Positions 38,203-48,953 of a stretch of 64,000 nucleotides of DNA are shown piece after piece (position 1 is the stretch's first letter; each line of letters opens with the position of its first letter). The stretch is taken from positions 1 through 64,000 of the forward strand of contig JBDRJK010000019.1 of NCBI GenBank assembly GCA_043814985.1, given 5' to 3'. Below the pieces are notes generated by a model. That model made no database searches and was not told where the DNA came from. It saw nothing but the letters and a program-made list of their open reading frames with translations. Source of the DNA: Candidatus Aenigmatarchaeota archaeon (GTDB taxonomy: Archaea > Aenigmatarchaeota > Aenigmatarchaeia > Aenigmatarchaeales > Aenigmatarchaeaceae). Both the position numbers and the translations under genes were made by a program.

Positions 38203-39292
38203 TTGCTTGTTTGACTTTCAGCAATTGGTTTCAGACCTTAGCGAGGACAAGCTTTTACCGTCTGTTCCAAGAAAGGGAAACCAAGTTGAGCTCTTGAAAA
38301 CCGCTGAAAGATTTTTCGAGGATATGAAAAACAAGAAGATATATCCTAGGGAGCTTGACAGCCCTTTGGGGTGCCAGTTAGAACTGACGCACAAGTGCAA
38401 TCTTAATTGCAAGCAGTGCTACAATATGTCCAACTGCCAAAAGCCTGACATTTCCTTCAAGAGATGGATGAACGTTGCAAAACAGCTAGTTGATATGAAC
38501 ATATTTGAATGTGTGATATCTGGTGGCGAGCCATTGTTACTTGGAGACAAATTATACGACTTAATGGATGTTCTACATGACAGTGGAATGAGATTCATAC
38601 TTGTCACAAACGGGATGCTCGTAGATAAACATGTGATTGACAAACTGAGCAAGTACGACTATTACTGGGTCCAAGTCAGCATCGATGGTTCAAGACCTGA
38701 GATACACGACAAGATAAGGGGTGTTAATGGAAGCTGGAAAAAAGCTGTCAATGCTGCAAAGATGGTGTCCCAGTCTGGAATGCCACTGGTCGTATCCCAT
38801 GTAATTCAGAGGGATAATGTAGACCACATAGATGAGATGATTGAGACATCTTACCTTTTGGGAGCTAGAAGACTGATAACTGGCAAGTTCACATATTCGG
38901 GAAGAGCAATATTGAACAAAAATGAAATAGATATCGAAGAAAACAAACTAAAGCAGGTTTTCAATCTCTTGAAAACAAGACACAGTCAATACACTGGGAG
39001 CATGGAGATAGTCACTTCCACAGATCCGGTTTTCTATCTCAGATACAGGGTTTTCGAGCCGTGCAACGTGCTTTTGATAAGACCCAATGGTGACGTAAAG
39101 CTGGATTGCATACTGCCGTTCAAGATAGGAAATGTTATGGAAGAGGGCATATCCAGTATGTGGAGTAGGACTGGAAAGTCAGCTTGGAGAAATGAGCAGG
39201 TCATAAAATACATAGATTCGATAAAGGAGGAGAGCGACATGCTAAGGATTAGGCCGAGGCCCTATATTGACGAAGATATTTTGATAAGGTGA
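38195..39292 (+). CDS. Radical SAM peptide maturase with reduced SPASM/twitch-like domain
   Basis: CNLNCKQC, SGGEP, SIDGS...HDKIRG; C-terminal PC...PNGDVKLDC...IGNV. Confidence 0.9.
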   Translation: MGDCLFDFQQLVSDLSEDKLLPSVPRKGNQVELLKTAERFFEDMKNKKIYPRELDSPLGCQLELTHKCNLNCKQCYNMSNCQKPDISFKRWMNVAKQLVDMNIFECVISGGEPLLLGDKLYDLMDVLHDSGMRFILVTNGMLVDKHVIDKLSKYDYYWVQVSIDGSRPEIHDKIRGVNGSWKKAVNAAKMVSQSGMPLVVSHVIQRDNVDHIDEMIETSYLLGARRLITGKFTYSGRAILNKNEIDIEENKLKQVFNLLKTRHSQYTGSMEIVTSTDPVFYLRYRVFEPCNVLLIRPNGDVKLDCILPFKIGNVMEEGISSMWSRTGKSAWRNEQVIKYIDSIKEESDMLRIRPRPYIDEDILIR

Positions 39293-39588
39293 GAAAAATG
39301 CATGACTATATTATAGACTTACTCAAACCTTTAATGCCTAAGAAAATAGAATCCAAAAAGATCAGGAATGACAGTGATTTCTTGATACTCAGGGAAAGGA
39401 ACAAGAAGATACTCATCCTGAACCCCACTGCAAGAGAAATCTATGAAATATGTGATGGCAGGACAGTGGGTCAAATCATAAATGCTATGAGTTCGGTTTA
39501 TCCTAGTATAGACAGGAAGAAAATATCTGTAGATGTCATAAGGTGTCTTAGGGATATGGAAAGAAGAGAACTGCTTTTAATGAGATGA
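39289..39588 (+). CDS. PqqD-family RiPP recognition element
   Basis: LNPTAREIYEICDGRTVGQII...DVIRCLRDM. Confidence 0.85.
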   Translation: MRKMHDYIIDLLKPLMPKKIESKKIRNDSDFLILRERNKKILILNPTAREIYEICDGRTVGQIINAMSSVYPSIDRKKISVDVIRCLRDMERRELLLMR

Positions 39589-40328
39589 CCTTAATGAAGG
39601 AACTACCTGTAACATTTGAATGTAAAAAACAGCAGATAGTGGGCATATACCATCTTTCAAATAATAAAAACCCTCCAACAGTCATAATGTGCCATGGTTG
39701 GGGAGGAAATAAGCTAGGAACCTGGAACGGATTGTTTGTAAAGGCTGCCAGAGAGTTTTGCAAAAACGGTTTTTCAGTATTAAGGTTTGATTTCAGGGGC
39801 TCTGGAGATTCTCAGGGCGATTTTAATAAGCAAACAAACGACACCTTGCTAGAAGATTTGGATTGTGTGATAAACAGTATAGGTTCTGATGTTGGTCTTA
39901 TAGGCCATAGCTTAGGAGGCAAGGTTTCCATACTAAAAGCTTCTATGGATAAAAGAGTAAAATGCCTGGCAGCATGGGCCTCTCCCGTGCATAAGGACTT
40001 CTTTACTAAGTCATTTATTGAGGAAATAGAACAAAGAAAATTCATTTATTTCAATGAAATTGGTTATGGTGTCAGCAAGAAGCAGATAAACAGCTATTTG
40101 AGATATGATACTGTAAAAGCTGCAAAGAAGATTAAAACACCCTTTCTGATTGTTAATGGAAGCGAAGATACTTCAGTTTATCCTTCCCAGGCAAGGAAAT
40201 TGTATAAGAATACTAACCGGCTTAAAAAACTGGTCATAATAAACGGAGCTAATCATCTTTTTCTTAGCAAGGAAAAACAACTGATAAAGGTAACCCTGGA
40301 CTGGTTTAAAAAATATTTAAGAAAATAA
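39585..40328 (+). CDS. Alpha/beta hydrolase (S9-like peptidase or esterase)
   Basis: HGWGG, FDFRGSGDS, GHSLGG, catalytic Asp (GSED) and His (GANH). Confidence 0.88.
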   Translation: MTLMKELPVTFECKKQQIVGIYHLSNNKNPPTVIMCHGWGGNKLGTWNGLFVKAAREFCKNGFSVLRFDFRGSGDSQGDFNKQTNDTLLEDLDCVINSIGSDVGLIGHSLGGKVSILKASMDKRVKCLAAWASPVHKDFFTKSFIEEIEQRKFIYFNEIGYGVSKKQINSYLRYDTVKAAKKIKTPFLIVNGSEDTSVYPSQARKLYKNTNRLKKLVIINGANHLFLSKEKQLIKVTLDWFKKYLRK

Positions 40329-40362
40329 GAAAAATAAAAGAAAAAATTAAAAAATTTCAAGA

Positions 40363-40830
40363 CTAGCTCAGTGATCCGCTTAGAGTTCCTGTGCTCTTCA
40401 AGCCTGTCAAACTACCTGCTGTGTAGGTCACAATAAGATATACGTTGTAGTTCTCACCAGTGCTTCCCGTGTTTGCACCAGCACATGTTAGTGTTTGAAG
40501 ACCTGACCTACCACCTGCTGCTACAGTGCCGGGAGTAAACCCAGTACAAGCTGTTGGTGATGCTGGTAGTGTAGTTCCCTCGTCCACAGTAATGTCTGTT
40601 ATATTTATTGTCTGGCCAACCCTGTTCTCTAGCTCGAATCTGAGAACGTCTGCTGAGCTCAAATCCCAAGGTGATATAACATCAAGTTGTGAGAATCCTG
40701 TCTTTGTTGCAGGCATTGATGCTGCTGGGTTGAAGAAACCGTACCAAGCTAAGACCCCTGCTACTATCAAAATTATCAAAATTGCCCATCCATAGGTCAT
40801 TAGGTACTCTATTGCTGTTTGTCCTTTCAT
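40363..40830 (-). CDS. Type IV pilin (class III signal peptide)
   Basis: MKG|QTAIEYLMTYGWAILII. Confidence 0.88.
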   Translation of the reverse strand: MKGQTAIEYLMTYGWAILIILIVAGVLAWYGFFNPAASMPATKTGFSQLDVISPWDLSSADVLRFELENRVGQTINITDITVDEGTTLPASPTACTGFTPGTVAAGGRSGLQTLTCAGANTGSTGENYNVYLIVTYTAGSLTGLKSTGTLSGSLS

Positions 40831-40885
40831 TTTCTTACCTCCTATTTTAATAATTCTATTTTGTAAACCCGATACTTAAAGTTTT

Positions 40886-41908
40886 CTATAGCTGGAAAAA
40901 GCTGCCGAATATTGTGCTAATCAGGAAGAATGCCACTAGGAAAACTGATATTGCTCCCAGCATGAATAATGGTATGAATTTAATACCATTCTTCTCCTTG
41001 CCCGTCTGTATCAGTCCTATTATCAGTGACCCAAAGAAGGTTGTGATAGCTATTGAGGTTATGGCAAACCAGAACAGTTGGTCAGGGGTTATCTGTGGGG
41101 CGCTTGCCTGTGAGAGAAAACCACCTGCCATCTCAATGCTTCCACTCGCTTCTACGCCTCCTAACACCTCAGGCGACCACAACTTTGTCATGACCTCCAC
41201 GAAGAACAGGCTCATGGCATACAGCATGGGGGCGCCTAAAACAGCTGCAAACAGAATGAATATTGAATAAGTTGTGACAGATGCTTTTATCTCCCTTTTC
41301 ATGGCCTGGGTAACCCTTATGTTGTTGGCAGTCTCCTCAAGCAAATGTGCCAGCTCGCCTCCTGATTCAATGCCTTCAATCAGCAGCTTGACTGCCTTGT
41401 CAAGAATATCGGATTTCACCCTCTGCTTTATTTCCAGAAGTGCGATTTTGATGGGCTTTCCACCAACAGTCTTTGACCCGACTCTCCTTATCTCTTCCTC
41501 AAGCAATCCGAACTCAGGCCTTGCTGCAAGAAGTATTGCCCTGTCAACAGTCATGCCAGCCCTTATGTTTGCTGACATCAGCTGGAGAGCGTCAGGCAGT
41601 ACCTTCTCTATTTCCGCTGCCCTTGAGTCTGCTATCAGGATGATTAGGACTTGAATAATGCCCAGTGTCAGCCCTCCTATTCCCAGTCCTATTATGATTC
41701 CAGTGATGCCAAGGCCTATGAGAAACAGGTCAAAGGCAATTACCAGCCCTAGGAATATTGAGAAAAAGAAAGTGAAGCCTATGAACCTCTCAATTATGTT
41801 TTCCTTGACGCCCGCATATATTAGCTGCTTTACGAGAGATTGCTTGTACTTCATAGGTGTGTAATAAAACAATTTCTCTCTCATCTTGCCGAGTTTTTTC
41901 AATTTCAT
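40886..41908 (-). CDS. Type IV pilus/T2SSF membrane platform protein (TadC-like)
   Basis: LPDALQLMSANIRAG and SGGELAHLLE motifs; multiple TM helices. Confidence 0.88.
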   Translation of the reverse strand: MKLKKLGKMREKLFYYTPMKYKQSLVKQLIYAGVKENIIERFIGFTFFFSIFLGLVIAFDLFLIGLGITGIIIGLGIGGLTLGIIQVLIILIADSRAAEIEKVLPDALQLMSANIRAGMTVDRAILLAARPEFGLLEEEIRRVGSKTVGGKPIKIALLEIKQRVKSDILDKAVKLLIEGIESGGELAHLLEETANNIRVTQAMKREIKASVTTYSIFILFAAVLGAPMLYAMSLFFVEVMTKLWSPEVLGGVEASGSIEMAGGFLSQASAPQITPDQLFWFAITSIAITTFFGSLIIGLIQTGKEKNGIKFIPLFMLGAISVFLVAFFLISTIFGSFFQL

Positions 41909-42781
41909 CTATTTCACCATCATAGGCCTCTTTGTCTTGATTATGCCCATATAGAAGTATTGGAATATCGAAAGTACCACAATTATTAGTGGGAATACCA
42001 TTTCAGGGATTACAATGCCGGAAAACGAGGACAGAATTATCATGAATGTGATGCCTAGTGATGGCATTATCACAGCAACCAGCATGTACATCAGGGTGTA
42101 GGGCCCCAGCTCCTGCCCGTACTTTCTTATTGCAATCATCTGGTCCTGTGTCAGTGATCTGACACAGGATTCTAGGACGCATGCTATGTCTCCGCCCACT
42201 TTCATTGAATTGGTCAGCTGCCATATTGCCCTCCTGAAATGAAGCGAGGGGTTCCTCAAAGAGGCTCTCTGAAAGGCCTCAATTGTCGATGTCCCTGCAT
42301 TTATTTCCATGACAATTGTTCTGAATTCATCGCTTATCTCGCCGTAGCCCTGGCTGACGCTGAGTATTGCATTGAACAGCGGAACCCCGGACTTTATCTC
42401 TATCAGTATGTGCTCTAGGGCGTTCAATAAATCTGACTCGAGCTCTTTCATTCTTCTTGTTGCCACAAGTTTCGGGTATCTGATTAAATAGAAAAATACG
42501 AATACGGAAAAAATAGAGCCTACAACCAACGGAAGGACAATTTCAGGCCTTCCAGCTATGATGCCCACTAAAAATATGAGCAGTGTCAGGACGCCGAAAT
42601 AGAATGTTGTTGTCAGGGCTATGATGGATGAGTATACCTTTGGATGCAGTTGAATCTCAGCCTGATAGAGGTCTAGCTTTAAGGAGGGGTTCATCTTCCA
42701 GATGACGTTCCCGAATCTTTCAAAAACCTTGGACTCTTTGATTGCCTTTCTCATAGGGAATGGTACAAACGGTATTCCCAT
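41909..42781 (-). CDS. Type IV pilus/T2SSF membrane platform protein (TadB-like)
   Basis: IKSGVPL, YGEISDEF and GGDI motifs; TM helices. Confidence 0.88.
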   Translation of the reverse strand: MGIPFVPFPMRKAIKESKVFERFGNVIWKMNPSLKLDLYQAEIQLHPKVYSSIIALTTTFYFGVLTLLIFLVGIIAGRPEIVLPLVVGSIFSVFVFFYLIRYPKLVATRRMKELESDLLNALEHILIEIKSGVPLFNAILSVSQGYGEISDEFRTIVMEINAGTSTIEAFQRASLRNPSLHFRRAIWQLTNSMKVGGDIACVLESCVRSLTQDQMIAIRKYGQELGPYTLMYMLVAVIMPSLGITFMIILSSFSGIVIPEMVFPLIIVVLSIFQYFYMGIIKTKRPMMVK

Positions 42782-42782
42782 A

Positions 42783-44333
42783 TCAGCCAGCCTCCTCCTT
42801 TATCTCCTTTAACAGGGACCTGCCAATTAATTTTTCAGGCTTCCCATTCTCTTCAACGACTTTCAAAACTCTGTCCTTGTCGTGATAGTACTCAGCAACC
42901 ACCTTTCCAACAGTGTTGACAGTTTTTATGTTGTTCTGGAGCATCCACTCAAGTATCTTTTCCTTCTCTTTCAGATCAATCTGCATCTCATCGTCTGTCA
43001 TTCCAGTATGGAGCCTTATTTCATTCAACAGTCTGACGCTGTTCTTTACTTTTTCAATTGTATCTGTTGCTGGTCTCCATCTGTACAGGATTTCCAGTCT
43101 TGATGAGAACAGGCTCCTCCCTTCCCTTCCTGGAATGAACTCCGCAACTTCAAGAGTCCTTCTTATACCGTATCTTCTATGCCTGTATTGGACAAGGACC
43201 AGATGCAATGATTCCAAAAGGCTCTCAGGCAGGTTTATTGGAGGGTTGGTCAGCCTTCTCACTACCTGTTCAGCCCTGTCTGCGTGCAGAGTAGCGTAAA
43301 CACTGTGACCAGTGTGCATAGCCTCAAATAGAACTTCTGCTTCCCTCTGCCTTCTTATCTCTCCTACCACAATCCTGTCAGGCCTCATTCTTAAAGAGTT
43401 TACTAGAAGGTCAAGCATAGAGACCTCTCCCTTGCCCTCGGGGTTTGGTTGCCTTGTTGTCAATGGAATCCAGTGCAAGAAATCAGGGAGCCTTAGCTCT
43501 CTTGTGTCTTCTATTGAAATGATCCTCTGGTTTGGCGGCATGAAGGCCATTAAGGCATTCAATATAGAAGTCTTTCCAGACGCAGTGCCGCCAGCTACAA
43601 GTATGTTCAATTCGTACTGTATGCATAACCATAATAAAGAAGCGACCTCAGGGGAGATTGTTTTTATTTTTGGATCTATGAAGTGGATTATTGTCCAAGG
43701 ATCTCTCCTGAACTTTCTTATTGTTATGGTGTTTCCTTTTGATGAAATGGGAAACAATGTAGCATTAACCCTGTCACCGGTCGTGAGGTGGGCGTCCATC
43801 AAGGGATCTAGATTTGTTATCTGCCTCCCGACCTTTCTCCCAATAAGGCTCGCATAGTTGTATATCTGCTCCTCAGTGGGCACAACCAGGTTTGTTTTTA
43901 ACCAACCCAGCTCCTTGTGGAAGACCCAGATTGTTTCTGATGAGTTGTTGATAACAATTTCTTCCAGATTGGCGTCGTTCAGCAGGACTTCTATTCTACC
44001 CAATCCGAGCATCTCGTGAACTAAATGGCCTGCTAGAATGTTTTTTTTGTTTTCATCCAGCGCCGGGAGCTCATTTGATATAGACTCTCTGGCGCTTTCT
44101 ATGAATCTGTTTTTTATGCTTTCATTTGCCTTCGGGTCGAGAATCTCTGATATCTTGATCTTAACTACTTCTATCAGCCTCTCCTTTATGGAATCCAGAA
44201 CTGCCTGGGTTGCAGGCTCTATTGTCGGGAACCTGACCTCGTAGATAGGGGTGTACTCATCCGGCTTTTTTACTATTTTAACTTCTCCGGGAACATTCTC
44301 TGAAATTATAGTATAGCTTCCTATTATTTCCAT
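42783..44333 (-). CDS. Type IV pilus assembly ATPase (CpaF/VirB11 family)
   Basis: GGTASGKT, IEDTREL, LRMRPDRIVVGE and TGH motifs. Confidence 0.94.
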   Translation of the reverse strand: MEIIGSYTIISENVPGEVKIVKKPDEYTPIYEVRFPTIEPATQAVLDSIKERLIEVVKIKISEILDPKANESIKNRFIESARESISNELPALDENKKNILAGHLVHEMLGLGRIEVLLNDANLEEIVINNSSETIWVFHKELGWLKTNLVVPTEEQIYNYASLIGRKVGRQITNLDPLMDAHLTTGDRVNATLFPISSKGNTITIRKFRRDPWTIIHFIDPKIKTISPEVASLLWLCIQYELNILVAGGTASGKTSILNALMAFMPPNQRIISIEDTRELRLPDFLHWIPLTTRQPNPEGKGEVSMLDLLVNSLRMRPDRIVVGEIRRQREAEVLFEAMHTGHSVYATLHADRAEQVVRRLTNPPINLPESLLESLHLVLVQYRHRRYGIRRTLEVAEFIPGREGRSLFSSRLEILYRWRPATDTIEKVKNSVRLLNEIRLHTGMTDDEMQIDLKEKEKILEWMLQNNIKTVNTVGKVVAEYYHDKDRVLKVVEENGKPEKLIGRSLLKEIKEEAG

Positions 44334-44342
44334 GAGCGCACC

Positions 44343-45182
44343 TTATTTTACTAGGCCGAAAAACCTGCTCTTATTTTTAACATGCTTCTTTTTCTCCTCC
44401 AGCTTCCTTTTCATTTTATTAGTCCTTTTCTGCATGTCATCTTTCTCGGCTTTCATTTTCTCAGTTTTTTTATCGTGTTTGGCAAAAAGTTTTATATGGA
44501 ACCTGGGGGGTCTGGATTTCTTGGTTATCAGTTTCAGTAGTTTTGCTTCCTGGTTTAGTTTCCCAATCTCTTCTTCTATCTCCTTTTTGGTTGCCTCAAG
44601 CTCCTTTGTCTTGCCGCCGTGATTTTCTATCATTTCTATCTGTTGGTTTATTTTTTCTTCCATCTCTCTGATGTCTTTTCTGATGTTTTCAAGGTTTTTA
44701 CTTACAGAATTTGTAATTGCTTTTATTTCATTTGAATCCTTTATCATCTCCCTTCTCTTCCTTTCTATTGGTTCCAGGTTTTTCAGGTTTCTGTCAAGAT
44801 CCTTTATTTTTTTGTGGAGCTCCTTTTCTATTTTTCCGAATTTTCTGCTTTTCAATTGGGTTATTTTTTCAGTCTTTTCAATTTCCCTGTCAAATTTTTC
44901 AGCTACCTTCTCAATCTTGTCCTTCTTCTTCTCAAAGTCCTTGCCCATTTTTGTTAACTTTCTCCCTTTGATGTCTTTAAGTATTATTTGCGGTTCTCCC
45001 AGAGTAGGATATATGAGTTCCACGAATCCATGCTCCTCCAGAATCTTCACCCACTCCTCGACCTTTGACGTCTCCACCCCTAGAATTGAGGCTGCCCTGT
45101 TTAGTGTTATCTTCCTCTTCTCCTTTAGCAGTTCCACAAGTTCGTCAACAGGAGTTTCTATTTTCATCCCTTTATCACCCAT
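44343..45182 (-). CDS. N-terminal HTH plus coiled-coil protein of the pilus operon
   Basis: IETPVDELV...VEEWVKILEEHG followed by a long K/E-rich coiled coil. Confidence 0.7.
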   Translation of the reverse strand: MGDKGMKIETPVDELVELLKEKRKITLNRAASILGVETSKVEEWVKILEEHGFVELIYPTLGEPQIILKDIKGRKLTKMGKDFEKKKDKIEKVAEKFDREIEKTEKITQLKSRKFGKIEKELHKKIKDLDRNLKNLEPIERKRREMIKDSNEIKAITNSVSKNLENIRKDIREMEEKINQQIEMIENHGGKTKELEATKKEIEEEIGKLNQEAKLLKLITKKSRPPRFHIKLFAKHDKKTEKMKAEKDDMQKRTNKMKRKLEEKKKHVKNKSRFFGLVK

Positions 45183-45271
45183 ATATCTCCCTATTAAATT
45201 ATCAATATTGTATTAATAATATACTTTTCTGATATTAAGCTTATTTTTTATATCAAAGATAAATTAATTAT

Positions 45272-45811
45272 ATGAGAAAACTATATTTATTACTTTTAGT
45301 TATTGTCATGATTTTGATTACTGTGGTCATTTATTACTTGACTTCATCAGAGCCTTCTTTTATTGAAGTTATTCAGGAACAACTGCAGGAACAGGAAACA
45401 GAGGCTCCTGCTGAATCGCCTGTAACACCAGTAGAGCAAATTGAAAGAAATACTAGCGGTACTGGCGGAGGTGGGGGTACAGGAGGTGGTGGTTCAGACA
45501 ATAATACTATTATTAAGGTCAACTATACTCTAACTGTAGACTCTTTCCCACAGAATTTGAGTGTTCTTACTAACTATTCAATCAATGGCATTGACATGAC
45601 TTTTGAACAAGATACACCTTACTCAGCACTTATAGAATCTGGGACAATAGCATGTGCTTTATTGACATCTAGTGTGAAGGGAGGAACTGTTATAACTTGG
45701 GAATTGGATGGTCAAGAATGTGAACCTTATTTATGCTCAGGTTTTATTGGATGCGGTGTTCTCATGGATGGTCATCATACAGTTGCTGTTCACTATAGCA
45801 CACCTAGTTAA
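45272..45811 (+). CDS. Membrane-anchored hypothetical protein
   Basis: N-terminal TM, Gly-rich linker, beta-rich C-terminal domain. Confidence 0.65.
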   Translation: MRKLYLLLLVIVMILITVVIYYLTSSEPSFIEVIQEQLQEQETEAPAESPVTPVEQIERNTSGTGGGGGTGGGGSDNNTIIKVNYTLTVDSFPQNLSVLTNYSINGIDMTFEQDTPYSALIESGTIACALLTSSVKGGTVITWELDGQECEPYLCSGFIGCGVLMDGHHTVAVHYSTPS

Positions 45812-45814
45812 AAA

Positions 45815-47029
45815 TCAAGTTATCAAATCATTTATCCCATAACCAATTGCGTTTTGTGTGTCTATTTTGAACCATGTATAAACAGGATTGTAATTACTGT
45901 TTCTGATTTCAGAACCTACTATGTCATTCCAGTAGTTATAATCAACACAACTGGCCAAAGTATTCACAGAGACACTTGCAGCTGTTAGGTCTGGTAGATA
46001 AACAAAAGTTTCTAATCCGTAGACGTATTCTGGAGAAAGTGTAATTTTACCTTCCAATCTATCCAAAAAACTTGCACCAACACTTGAGTTGTGATAAAAG
46101 CCGTTTACTATATCCGATGTCAAATTTCCCAAATCCCAGACCTTCTTTGTGTTTTGATCCAGGTATATTTTTGAGTTGTTTGCTATTTTTTCTCTTGCCC
46201 CCGAAGCTCCTGTTATTGCTCTTCCAATTAACAGTGGTGGAATAATTGTATCGCCCTCAGAAACAACGCCTTTGAATATGGCTGCTATGGCTTCCTTGCC
46301 TGCCACAGTGTCTGTTACAAGTATCTTTTCGGCGTAAGCAGTTGTCAAGTCAGAGGAGTTAATTACAAAGGCATCGCCGCTAGCATATCCAGAAGAATTG
46401 GTGCCTTCAACCAAATAATTAGTATACTCACTGGAATTGGAAGCTCTTATGAATCTTACCACGCGACCATATGTGTTGAGAGGGAAGGTGGGATCCTCTA
46501 CACCCTCGATGGATACCAATGCAGAAGCTGTAATATTTTTTAGAATCCCCATGATTTCTATTTTGTCAGAGACATTGATTGAGACATTAACATTGAACAA
46601 AAGGTTAAAACTGTCACTTTGATTTATGTGGATTTGGATGTTTTGGAAATCAACATTAAAACCAGACCTGCCTGCTATCTCCACTATTTTACTTTTCCAA
46701 GTCTGCAGGTTGCTTGTGTCTACCAAAGGAGCAGACTCGCCATAGAGAGTTCCGTTTTCAACCATCTCTTTAAGCCTGAGCTGTGAATTATCAAGACCTG
46801 TCCCGTTTACAACAATTTTTGAAACAGCAGAAATTAGAGACCTTTTGCCGTTTATTTCCACGAATCTGGTCAAGTCCCTTTCTATGCTCTCAGTAAAATA
46901 GTCTAACTCATTTGCCCTTATCTCAACATCTATGTTCCCAGTCTGTATGTTTTCTGAATAGAATAATAATAAAGATAGAATAGGTATTAACATCAACGCT
47001 GTCATGATACTGTAAAATATGCCTTTCAT
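45815..47029 (-). CDS. Pilin-like protein (class III signal peptide)
   Basis: MKG|IFYSI plus hydrophobic helix; 'SIEGVEDP' motif. Confidence 0.7.
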   Translation of the reverse strand: MKGIFYSIMTALMLIPILSLLLFYSENIQTGNIDVEIRANELDYFTESIERDLTRFVEINGKRSLISAVSKIVVNGTGLDNSQLRLKEMVENGTLYGESAPLVDTSNLQTWKSKIVEIAGRSGFNVDFQNIQIHINQSDSFNLLFNVNVSINVSDKIEIMGILKNITASALVSIEGVEDPTFPLNTYGRVVRFIRASNSSEYTNYLVEGTNSSGYASGDAFVINSSDLTTAYAEKILVTDTVAGKEAIAAIFKGVVSEGDTIIPPLLIGRAITGASGAREKIANNSKIYLDQNTKKVWDLGNLTSDIVNGFYHNSSVGASFLDRLEGKITLSPEYVYGLETFVYLPDLTAASVSVNTLASCVDYNYWNDIVGSEIRNSNYNPVYTWFKIDTQNAIGYGINDLIT

Positions 47030-47030
47030 T

Positions 47031-48953
47031 TTAAACCCATAGTTGTAACTTTATTTGCACAGGTCCCCACATATAAGGAACCCCTGCAACACTAACAGAC
47101 TCAACAACAATATCTATAGTTGAAACCTCTTCTCCCAGTATATCATTTAACCTTTGGATTGCATCGTCTGATGCGCCTGTTTCATTAACGAAAATATCCC
47201 CATAGCTGACCGAGGCTGGTATCAAGAAGACTGTGTGACCCAAGGAGTTTCCAGGATTGATGCCATAACCTTGAGAGAAATTTAATTCAAATTTATTATC
47301 ACCAGCAATTAGAATACCATCTGGATTTATGTCATGACCAAACCTGACAAATTCTATTATAAGAGGATTGCTGGATGGGTCAGATGGGTCATGATTATAG
47401 AGGGTGTAATCATTGGATTTTGCTAGCTGCTGGGGATCTGAACCACTGTTATAAAGCCATGCAAGCTGCCATTTAGACAAGAGAGCTATTTTGTTGGTTA
47501 GATTGTAGTCCCATCTTACATATTTGTAAAAACCCACAGCAGACGTTGGGTCAGCACCAACATAGTTATCCAATGTTCTCGTTATGTCAATATAATTGTA
47601 GACTTCTTCCAGTTCAGAATAGTTTAGACTAATATAGGAATCCTCTGAAACGATTACTCTCTCATAATCTGTGAAACCATATCTGTAATATTCATCAATG
47701 TCAGCCATAAACCAGAAATATCTACCACTTAAATCATCATATGATATTCCTTGAGAGGTCAGGATGTTTTTTATTTCTTCGTCATACCATTGAACAATTC
47801 CGTTTGATACATCCTTTGTGCTGATGTTATAAAACCTACCATTCCATATGAATTTTAATGTTACATTTTTTACCTGTGTTTCATTAGTAAGGTTTAAGCG
47901 AACACTCATATTGTAGATGTCACCTACAACAAACACTGGTTTTTTGTATCTTATTGGCATTTCTGATTTTACAGTTTGGAAGTGTTGTTTTTTGAATGAT
48001 TGCAGTGTTGTAAGCTGTGTTGTGTTGTAACGGACAACGAAATGTGTTGCTCCGTCGTCTCCTCCCTCACAACCACCTCCAGCATTTTCATCAGGGTTTC
48101 CCCATCTGTATTCAACATAACCTATATTTCTTCCAGTATGAAGATAATCTCTTAAATCATCATAATCTAATAAATGACTACCACCGTCTTTTGGATCTCC
48201 TGTACTTTGGAATAAAAATTGACCATTTAAGAAAATTTTGAACTTGTCATCTACCCATGAAGATTCCACGAACCAATATGCATCAGTAATGTTAGCATCT
48301 GTTGGTACGTCTATTATGTAACTGATATTAACTGTATTGCCGTTGGCTCCTGCACATTTATCACCCTGATCAAATTTAGAAATGCTGCTGTATATGACAT
48401 CCCCCATCACAATTAGGGTGTTGCTCTTTTCCACTGACCTTGCCAAAGCTCTTGCAACATAACCTTCTGTTGCCCTGTACTTCTCATAGCCCGAAGCTAT
48501 TCTGTTAGAAGATATGGATATTGTTGAATCACTGTAAGCAGGTCTTGCTGTGTCAGAAGAATTGTAAACATCATCATTGTCTATCAGAATCCTGTATCCA
48601 AAATTGCTGGGCAAGAAGGTGCCCAAAATATCTTTTGTTATGTTTGCTGCTTCTTCAATTCTTCCTGCTGACCATAGAGAACCTATTATGTCTATGGTGT
48701 TCTTGTCCAAGTCAGTCTCATTCAGAACGCCGTTTGACAGATATATATCAGTCAAATTTTGGGAAGTGACTTCACTAAGCTTAGATTCGGAAAAAATAGT
48801 TAAAACGTCTTCTGACATAGAATGTAGTTGCTGAGCTGCCAAGTAAGGATAATTAGATTCTATTCTGATGAACATCAAACTTGAAATTATAACTGTCATT
48901 ATACCGAACGCTATTATGGAATCCAAAGTCAGTACTACGCCTCTTTTATCCAA
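47031..48953 (-). CDS. Large pilin-like/adhesin protein
   Basis: KRG|VVLTLD plus hydrophobic helix. Confidence 0.7.
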   Translation of the reverse strand: MDKRGVVLTLDSIIAFGIMTVIISSLMFIRIESNYPYLAAQQLHSMSEDVLTIFSESKLSEVTSQNLTDIYLSNGVLNETDLDKNTIDIIGSLWSAGRIEEAANITKDILGTFLPSNFGYRILIDNDDVYNSSDTARPAYSDSTISISSNRIASGYEKYRATEGYVARALARSVEKSNTLIVMGDVIYSSISKFDQGDKCAGANGNTVNISYIIDVPTDANITDAYWFVESSWVDDKFKIFLNGQFLFQSTGDPKDGGSHLLDYDDLRDYLHTGRNIGYVEYRWGNPDENAGGGCEGGDDGATHFVVRYNTTQLTTLQSFKKQHFQTVKSEMPIRYKKPVFVVGDIYNMSVRLNLTNETQVKNVTLKFIWNGRFYNISTKDVSNGIVQWYDEEIKNILTSQGISYDDLSGRYFWFMADIDEYYRYGFTDYERVIVSEDSYISLNYSELEEVYNYIDITRTLDNYVGADPTSAVGFYKYVRWDYNLTNKIALLSKWQLAWLYNSGSDPQQLAKSNDYTLYNHDPSDPSSNPLIIEFVRFGHDINPDGILIAGDNKFELNFSQGYGINPGNSLGHTVFLIPASVSYGDIFVNETGASDDAIQRLNDILGEEVSTIDIVVESVSVAGVPYMWGPVQIKLQLWV

